Shown: one piece after another, positions 54,714 to 64,000 of the stretch
How positions within the stretch are numbered: the stretch's first letter is position 1
How the letters are laid out: each line of letters begins with the position of its first letter
Assembly (NCBI RefSeq): GCF_006345805.1
Contig: NC_043000.1
Coordinates: 143,344,001 to 143,408,000 of the forward strand
Reading direction: 5' to 3'
Length of the DNA: 64,000 nt
DNA from: Octopus sinensis
Lineage: Eukaryota
Position numbers and translations under genes: made by a program
Notes under the pieces: model-generated
What the model was told of the DNA's origin: nothing
Database searches by the model: none
Seen by the model: only the letters and a program-made list of their open reading frames with translations

Positions 54714-55199
54714 TAACAGAATGAGATAAATAATCCAAGGCTGTGAAAGATTTAAGAACATTTATAAAGCAGTCTTACAGCTATATCCGGGATATTTAGA
54801 TACCCCTTCATCGGAGACAGTGCGAGAAAATGAGAAAAATTTATGAAATAGTTTCTTAAAAAAATAATAATAACATGGTTTACAAACTCTATGCTTGGAA
54901 TGACCAATTTTAAATATTATTGGAACTTATAGATAAGGTACAAGAAAATTGTATGTATACTATTCTGCTTAAATAATGGAACTGCAGATACAATATCCCT
55001 GCATATCACACGTCTATTTTCATTCCTCCACTTCATTCTCTATTTCATATGTTCTTTAGAATAACTATTACTTAACCATTTTCTTGCACCGTCTCCGATA
55101 AAGGGATATATGAAATATCCCGGAAACAGCTGTAAGACTTTCTCTTTATAAATGTTCTGAAATCTTTCACAGCCTTGGATTTTTAATATCATTCTGTTA
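54714..55199. mobile_element. Penelope-like inverted pLTR pair, each arm with a hammerhead motif
   Basis: Arm 54714-54832 is the reverse complement of 55077-55199 (about 120 bp, about 245-bp spacer); TA-rich flanks. Confidence 0.7.
55091..55138 (+). ncRNA. Hammerhead motif, family core CCGAUGA (G8 mutated in this copy)
   Basis: gucu-CCGAUAA-A-gggauau(augaa)auauccc-G-GAA-ACAGCUGU-A-agac; the opposite arm (54772-54818, minus) keeps CCGAUGA but has GAUAU for GAAAC. Confidence 0.55.
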
Positions 55200-58100
55200 T
55201 ATATATACAGAGGTTCATGAACAGACGTATATGCGCTTATAAGAATTTCCACAAATGCAGATGTCAAACTGTTGATATATAAATTTCGTACCAATAAAAT
55301 ATGCGTTATTCTTTCTCTGAGCCTCTATGTTTCTCGCTTACATTTCACTATTTTTCTCGTTCCCCCTCTCCCTCATCTCTCCTACAAACACATTATGCGT
55401 GTATGTGAGGGCGTGTATATACGTTTCTCCATATGCATGTGTTCATGTATGTTGGACTTCATCTTGCAATGATTTGAAAATTCTGGCATTATTAAATGAG
55501 TATATAGATTTACAAACACAATATGCAGTAAACAAAAGTGATTCAAACAAGCGGAGCTAAAACAAAAGAAAAAATTCCTCGGAATCGTTCTCTTTTAAAG
55601 CATGTGCCAAAACTTGCAGGTTTATTGCTAGATTCTTACATTGAAATTACACATACAGTTGTTATAAAAACATCGTCTAAAACGTATATGAATTCCTGTT
55701 TACTTTCAATTATTCTTATGTTTTGAATGAAATACAGTTAAACAACAACGCGAAACCGGAGGAAAGAAGCTAACAGTTTTGCACAATGTCAGCATTAAAT
55801 ATCATAAACGCCAAATCTGTAAGAAAAGGGATCCAAATTTGAAAATAAATGTATTACCAAAAATAAAAAAAAAATGGAAAAAGGAAAAAAAGAAAAGGTT
55901 TCTGTTTGTATCACATTAAGGTCAGAAATAGATTGGCACTACACAACCCATCTAGAAATTAATTTCATGGCTAGGTAAACATGTGTTACGCTGCATTAGT
56001 GTCTCGAGCGTAACACCAAAATAGCGGAAGACAGCAGTCTAAAAAAAAGAAGAAACTTATTGAATGTATTACTATCATTATCGAAATAATAATAAACAAA
56101 CAAACAAACAAAAAAACGTTTAAAACAAGGATATATGTTTCTTGGAACAGGTTCTTGCAAAATAACGAATATAAACAATGAAAATATTTTAAGAAAGTAT
56201 AATAGACAATGTAAACACCATTCTTTGATAAATTTTAACTTTGACGGATATTTGTATTACAGTGTGAGAAATTTGTTTTCTTTGTAAATAATTTAAAGCT
56301 GTATTAGATTTAGATTAGAGGTAGAATTAATTTTACTGCATAGCTGCTTATATTCTGTATACTTGCTAGAATATTATAGCTTTGTCTCATTTCGGTTTTT
56401 GTTGATTGCGTTTGGTTTATCTTATTCATAAAAAAATGCTTTGTAGTTTTTAGCTTTTATTAGCAGCGTAATAATCAACTTTTTGTGTATATTATTAGAA
56501 AATAATACATATTTGTAGTAACATTTCTCCTTAATGTATATTTTCCTCTAATCTCTTACATTAATTGTATTATGTACTTTCTGACTGCATTAGTAATAAC
56601 AAAATTATAATATGAATGAGAAAATCGATATGAAATGTAGGGGAAACGACATCATTTTTAAATCGATAAGTTCAGAGTACTGTCAGAAAACTATTGACAC
56701 CATGATGAATACATCAGAAACAAAATATACACATGTACATACTGCAAGCCCTCACCCATCCAAAAAAGCTTATACAATAATATGCAATCAAAACATACAT
56801 CAATCATGGAATTTTAAAATTGTTCTGTCAAATATATTCTCTACGGAAATTTAGGTGGCAAATCAAAGTTATGAATTAACTTCTAAGATTTTAATGTAAA
56901 TGACATTAGATATAAACACTACTTTTGGTGTTTATAATGTCTGAAAAAATATAGAGAAAGAGAATCTAAAAGAGTTTTAAGTGATTATGAAAACAACATA
57001 TAAACAAATCTCATGAAATATGCAATACTATTCAGATGAAGTATTGATCTGATTGATCGGCTAAAACAGAAGTTGCTATTAAAAAAAAACGCACTTTCAT
57101 AAAAATTACGTTTTTACCAGTTAACTAACAATAAAGCTACCATAGCCTTTAGCTTATTTAAAACTGAAAACTTCTCAGATTGCTTTCACTATTGGCTCTA
57201 ACTGATTTTTATATGAGAAAAATATAAGATACCAGCATTTGCATAGATCAGTGACCAGATTTTAATTAGAAATTGTGACAGAGAAAAAAGGGGAAATATA
57301 TGAAACGAATCTAATGAGTATTTCATACGAAAACTGATTAAAATATGAACTATGTTCATCATATTGATTTTAAGACACATGTAAAATTTCATATTTGATG
57401 TAATAGAAGAGGATTTCTAATATTCAATCACTGCATATTTTAAAGGAATATTTCTTTTGTGTCCAGGGCTGACACTAAATCATAATACTTCTTAACAGAA
57501 CTTAAGATAATGCTTGCAAATTGTATTCCACAAAATACAAGAAATATTCTTTCGCTGTATTAAATCTGCAATATAAATGTTTTCCATATTCGGGCATATT
57601 TTCACTATGATATCTTTTTAAAAGTAACTAGAAAAGATGGGCTAAAAATAGTATGAGATAGACATTAGCAATCTATGGTCTGCAGCCATAATTGATTATC
57701 TGTAATAAAAATTCAAATAGAGTTTGATGTGTAAGAAACCTAAAAGCGGAAGAGTTTAGAATCAAGGAGGAGAAAGAGTCGAAGCGGATGGCAAAAAAAA
57801 AAAAAACGAAAATAATTGTTGGAAAACATTTTATAACATAGAAACATCAGTTTGTGCTATTTCTAGCCCTTGTTACCCCATCTTTCATTCAGGCACGGAC
57901 AGTATATCTAAGTATTCATGCGTCAAAGTCAATCCTGCAATTTGCAACACATCCGGAGGTGAACCAAAGAAGATATGGTTAATACGTATAGCAGATCGAA
58001 CAATCAGTCACGCTTTTTACGGGTTCGTCATACGTTAGTTATATGAAAGAACATCGATCGAAAAATTATCTCTTTAGTCACGTATGTCAGGCATTTCCAA

Positions 58101-58444
58101 TAGAACACTTAAGATAAGTTCAGCCATCATAACGGCGACATGTTGATTGACAATTAAAGTTAGTTTGCAGTTAGATTTATATGAATTTTGAGAATGACAG
58201 TACATTACATGTTTACAGGAAATAATGGATAACAATTGACGGGTTATACTGACTTAAAAAGATATCTAACTGAATAAGCTACTGACCGGATTTGACAAGA
58301 CTAATGCTCAAACCAGGAAAAGCTTTAATTTCTTCAAATTCAAACTGCTTTTAAACTATAGTTCCCTCGTTGAATTTCACAAATTTCATTGTACAATGAA
58401 TATACTGGTCGCGTGAAAATACATACATAGACACGTTCACACAC

Positions 58445-58560
<116 letters not shown>

Positions 58561-58804
58561 ATTATTGACTATAGATGGACACACACATGCATTTATATTT
58601 AATTGGGAAGACAGGCTTGATATATAAATTTTGTGAGCATATATATATATATATATATATTCTTTTAAAAAAACTTTGCTTTTAGTTTTTCTAAATTAAA
58701 TTTTTTAATTGTTACAGTTGAAAAGGTCTCAAATGACCGAAACCGGTACTGAAATGTTCTTTATAAAATTATTTTAGCATTTTCTATCTTGACTTGTTTT
58801 TTCT

Positions 58805-58838
<34 letters not shown>

Positions 58839-59550
58839 TGTATGTATGTATGTATGTATGTATGTGTGTATGTATAGCAAAAGAGTGGGGTGTAATTTCA
58901 TGCAGGAAGAAAATATGCAAATTTATTGTTGAAAATGCACCTAAATTTGAAAAACGAGTAATTACTTTTAAATAAATTTATTTACATATCTACCAAACTA
59001 GTTTCAACTATATTTTTTGTTTATCAATGGTAAGGATCTAGAATCCCGAATTAGAAAAACATGTTTTAAAGTTTCAATGTTGACAAGTATAAATGTTCAT
59101 AACAGTCAATAATATAAAAACTGTGCATCACTTGTTCAAATGCACAAAATTCGATAGTATTAGTCGTGATCGACAAGAAATGAATATTCTTGTATTTCTG
59201 TATGGTCATTCTTTTCCCAAATAAACACACATTCTATATATTTGTTCTTCACTCATTTATGACTTCTTATTTTATAACTCATGTTCATTGTCCGGAAACC
59301 CTTCATCACACATCTGTCATCTCTTCGGTGACACTTTTCGTTTACGTATTTGCTCTCGCTCCAATTACTCCATTCTCATGACGTGAGTAAAAATAAAAAT
59401 TAATACGAACTGTTATAAATGAGTGAATACCAAATATATAGTGGGTGTGTGGTTTTATTTGGCAAAAACAAAATGACTATACGGAATACCACAATATTTG
59501 TTTCAATACACGATTTAACATTAGGGATTTTGCAACACAATTCGTTAAAC

Positions 59551-59606
<56 letters not shown>

Positions 59607-59610
<4 letters not shown>

Positions 59611-59815
59611 ATATATAACGGGAAGCTTTATGAGAATAAACAAAAGACGAACGCAAGTGGAGTACAAACAAGCAATTGTATTAGTATGGGGCTCAGGAAT
59701 ATAAATAAAACAAGTCTTTTACGTTTCGAGCCTACGCTCTTCAACAGAAAGATACACAGAAAAGAAACACGGAGAGAAACAAGGAGAGAAAAAAATGCGT
59801 GCAGAAGCTAGCGAT
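59607..59815 (-). mobile_element. Short Penelope pLTR-like element (family P1)
   Basis: Homologous to 4705-4864; abuts (TA)n(TG)n. Confidence 0.65.
59715..59752 (-). ncRNA. Minimal type-I hammerhead-like motif, core CUGUUGA
   Basis: ucuuu-CUGUUGA-A-gagc(guag)gcuc-GAA-ACGU-A-aaaga: perfect 5-bp stem I, perfect stem II, GUA site. Confidence 0.6.
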
Positions 59816-59877
59816 TCAACATGACGATCTGTACATATATATAGGAATATATGCATGCTTGTATGCATATATGAATG

Positions 59878-59924
<47 letters not shown>

Positions 59925-60254
59925 CCCTTAAAAATGTCCTCATGGTTATGCGTGTATGCTAGTTCAAAATGTATGTCGTATATTTATTGATTATTGTTCA
60001 CCATCCACCTATTCCCTTGGTAAATTCGAAATTAAAGAAAGTTTATATGCATCTTAATTTTGTTTTCCATATTTAATCTCAGCAAGACCAGGGGGAAAAC
60101 GGGAAAATGAAATCACCAAATAATTGAAAATAAATAATAACTAATATATCTCGATTCTGGGCGTTATCAAGTGAACTTAAAATAATAAATTTCATTTCTC
60201 CTGAAGCAATAATGGGATAATTATGATTTTCAGCTTCATGAATTTGACTGTCAA

Positions 60255-60331
<77 letters not shown>

Positions 60332-60479
60332 GTATATATGTGTTTTCTTGAGTGTCTGTATGTGTATTTGTCTTTGAGCGTGTGTGCAATTCACATGTAT
60401 TCATATATATGGATATGTACATACACACACATATATGTATGCATGTACGTATGTAAGTATGTATGTATATGAAAGTTAT

Positions 60480-60900
60480 GAATGTCAGACGAGTGAAAAA
60501 GGAGTGCTCAATACCACTTGTACGGTTTATAGTTTCTGAAGCCTCCTAGCTACGCCCTTATGCCTTGGAAGGTGCGGATTTCCACTTCAAATAAAAACAG
60601 AAATTCACAATTAAGACGAATTTCCATTTCACATACAAAACCTTAATTTACGTGACAACTTGTTCAGGATCTTGACACAACCATTGAAGTCAAATAAAAT
60701 AACTCTCAGGGGAAGAACAACAATTCATAATGGCCAAATTAATTTCCCAGATATCATGAAGCGAACACATAGAGGTGTGTGTGGAATGTCCAACCAAACA
60801 TCGCTGTTTTCTCCAATTACTAATGAAAGGAAACAATTTCTGTACAACAACGGTTAAATAAATAACATATATTTACTGAAAAATACAAACTGCAACGGAT
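60480..60900 (+). mobile_element. Penelope-like element fragment: GIY-YIG endonuclease relic preceded by probable inverted pLTR piece
   Basis: From 60580, FHFK*KQKFTIKTNF..LIYVTTCSG; frameshifted TLRGRTTIHNGQI; SEHIEVC; ..KYK.. fit the PLE EN pattern (LIY.ITC..C...YIG.T...R...H....EH). Confidence 0.7.
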
Positions 60901-61386
60901 GAACATATAACCTATTTTCGATTTTATAAATATTGTAATTCATGAACGCATAAGCAACTTAAATATCTTCAATATATAAATATGTATTTCATAAATTCAT
61001 GACTTCGTAATATAACTACTACCAAGTCACCTATCAATTTACCCATAAAAAGAGTAATTACCTCCCCTACCTCTAATAATAACAATCACGAATTACTTCC
61101 GCTTAGATTTATTTATCTAGACTTTCATTATAAAAAAACAACTGTCCTGCTACTATCATGGACTAAACAAACTCTTATAATACAGGGAAATCTTAATATT
61201 TTCACTAATTTCTCAGTCATGATTTGCTACAACGCAAACAGTTAACGTAGTAAACATTCTATCTCATAAAAGATACATACATTTTGTGTACTTTCCTTCT
61301 CTTTATTTTTATACTACACATACACACACACGCACACACATACCCCCCCCATATATATATATATGGAGTGGGGGCTAAATATATAC

Positions 61387-61636
61387 AATTCAAAAATTTG
61401 GAGTCAACGAGAAGGGGTACGGTTGGACCTTTATTTTCCATCACTACAATTGTTTCTACACAACGTAGTTCTCCAGGCCTGCAGGTACTTAATTGTGCAA
61501 CGTTTTCTTGCACGGAAACGGCTGAATCATCAAGTGCCTGTACGCCTGAAGAACTACGTTGTGTAGAAACAATTGTAGTAATTGAAAAGAAACGTCCTAA
61601 CGTTCTCCTTTTAGTTAACTCTAAATTCTTTGAATT
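61387..61636. repeat. Inverted repeat, about 100-bp arms, about 40-bp spacer; PLE-like with degenerate HHR
   Basis: Arms 61387-61490 and 61532-61636 (also visible as similar ELRCVETIVV peptides on both strands); CUGAAGA..GAA-ACAAUUGU-A at 61546-61577. Confidence 0.75.
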
Positions 61637-61756
61637 ATCTATTCACACACGACAGATGCCCAAACGCAATACTACTACTAGAGAGCACAGAGTGACATCT
61701 TAGGTTGAACGAACTTTATACTGTACTTTACTACTTTCTTAATATACAATACATAC

Positions 61757-61816
<60 letters not shown>

Positions 61817-61861
61817 TATAATATATATATATATTATATATATATATATATATATAATAAA

Positions 61862-62082
61862 TATTAGGGAATAAATCCAAACTTATTTAAACCACCTGAT
61901 GAATGACTGTAACTCGAAAATTTAAAGAAATTAACAGCCATGAAACGATCGTAGTGATATATTAATTATATATTTTTAATAATTTTGTTATATATTTAAA
62001 TAATATAAATTAAATAATCTTATGTATTGGCTTAAGTTTTTCATTGTATGATTTGTCTAATAGTGGTTTTGTCTCTAATTTA

Positions 62083-62085
<3 letters not shown>
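61862..62085 (+). mobile_element. Penelope pLTR-like element embedded in (TA)n
   Basis: Contains HHR 61891-61958; (TA)n on both sides. Confidence 0.6.
61891..61958 (+). ncRNA. Type-I hammerhead motif with canonical core and extended stem II
   Basis: accac-CUGAUGA-augacugu(23-nt loop with aauuu/aaauu pairing)acagccau-GAA-ACGAUCGU-A-gugau. Confidence 0.7.
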
Positions 62086-62141
<56 letters not shown>

Positions 62142-63227
62142 ACTGCAGCGAGGTAGAAACACTCAAATCCATTAACTTCTCTTAAACATTTGTGTCAACA
62201 TTTTCCTTGCATGACTGGTTTTCTGAGTGGCAAACAAATGTCTTCTACGCTGTAATCGTTTTAGTTTCAGCACACAACCTCAAATCATAGATCTGCTGTG
62301 TAAGTACGTCTTCGTGTTGTATATGGCTCTTGTATCAAATTATCATAAATAGTAAATGTGACGTTTAAGGAAATCTAAAAATAAAATCATACTATATCTA
62401 TAGTATGATAAGATCTATATAAGTATGTTAAAGGCAATGGCTAAAAAGTCGCAAATAATTTTGTTATTAGCAGAAATGAAATGAACGCATTTTTTTTAAA
62501 TTGAAAAATAAGACACTTTTGCACTAGGTAAACATGGAAAACATTTCGTGTAATAACACCTCTTTTGCTTTTATCGTGACTCTGATGTTTACCTTATGCG
62601 CTCAAAATTTTACATTTCATTCTCCTGACAAAAACTGAACATTGAAATCTTCTCTATTGCCTATGCACCCATTAATTCCTTCTGAAAAATCCATGATTTG
62701 AAGCATTTTATCAACATCTCTCCCCGAAAATATAAGTGTTGTTTTTATAAACTTCAACACGTTAAGTTTTGTCCTTTGCTTGTATAAGGGCTCAACAATT
62801 ATATTCGGTATACAATCAGGTTACATCGTCTCGTCCTGTACATCAAAACACCATATCGTTCATTCTTTATTTATCTATAAAACATCAGTTGAAAGAAAAT
62901 TATACTTTAGTAAATCATTCAAAGATAGCTATTCCATATAAATTTTTAACTCATTCATTTTGACACGGCTAACTTCTTGTCTTTCATGATGAGACTATCA
63001 TTTTCATCTATTTTGTATTGATCTTTCCAATCACATTACTTGCTATATTAATTCAATTACCTATAACGCAATAAATAATTATGTTGCTTATCACACGACA
63101 GCTACGTAATTGTATAATCATTTCTATATGCTTCTATGAATGAGTCCATAAGTATTTTTTTGTTTCTGTTAGCACCTTGGCAGAATAAACAAATATTCAC
63201 TCATAGCATACTCACATGTGTGCGCAC

Positions 63228-63303
<76 letters not shown>

Positions 63304-63411
63304 TTATTTATGTATGTATGTATGTATGTACATATGTATCTATCTATATATAATATATATATATACACGCATATATATAAACACAAACACAGACCCCACG
63401 CACACACACAT

Positions 63412-63445
<34 letters not shown>

Positions 63446-64000
63446 GTATATATACACATGTACATATTTATACATATTTATACATGTATATATGTACGCA
63501 TACATACCTACAAACATAGACAAACACGCACATTTTTATATCTTTATACACAAAAATACACACACACACGCACACACATTTGAAGTGAAATATTCGAAAT
63601 TCTGGCTCTTGTGTCACTTTTACCTCACGCATACATATGCATATATTTTCGAGCCACGTCTACATTTTTGTGAGCTTTCTGATCTAGGAATGTGTGCTTG
63701 TTATGGGAACAACAATTATTCTGAAAAAAAAAAAAAATGAAAATGCAACTAAATCTGTTTTAAAATCCAATGGAAATGTATTCAATGAAAATTGTTCATT
63801 ATTTCAGTAACTAAAGTCTTTGCATCAGCTTGCCTTCAGTCATGACGTCTGCATGCTTCAAGCATTGTTACTTTCTAGATAATTTTTTTCTTCTTCAATA
63901 TATGCAGTGTATATATGGAAATTTCTTCGTTGGAATGAAGCCTAAAATCTTATCTGTGCGTTAAGTACGTTGAATATTCATTGAATGGACATTAGATTGT

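Noticed and set aside
59190-59390. pLTR-like segment with GUGAUGAAGGG on the minus strand
   Set aside because: No closing stem II or GAAA, so it cannot be folded as a hammerhead.

Overview
AT-rich, microsatellite-dense eukaryotic DNA. The SINE repertoire and (TA)n/(TAA)n/(TCTA)n density suggest a cephalopod, Octopus-like genome (inference). I cannot support any intact host protein-coding gene; most ORF-track entries are translations of microsatellites or transposon fragments. The window is a mosaic of tRNA-derived SINEs (several head/body/tail combinations), LINE 3' fragments (CR1, L2/Crack-like, four R4/Dong-like), decayed Tc1/mariner elements, a non-autonomous Helitron, a decayed Ty3/gypsy gag-pro-RT, two piggyBac-like relics and Penelope-like element (PLE) pieces including a GIY-YIG fragment. 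The most striking signal is about ten short motifs from at least six sequence families that fold as minimal type-I hammerhead ribozymes (HHR) with palindromic stem III. One lies in the 3' tail of a complete tRNA-headed SINE that has a 14-bp TSD and a 5' inverted copy of its own tail, pointing to a Penelope-mobilised, ribozyme-bearing SINE system. All folds, alignments and translations were done by eye.
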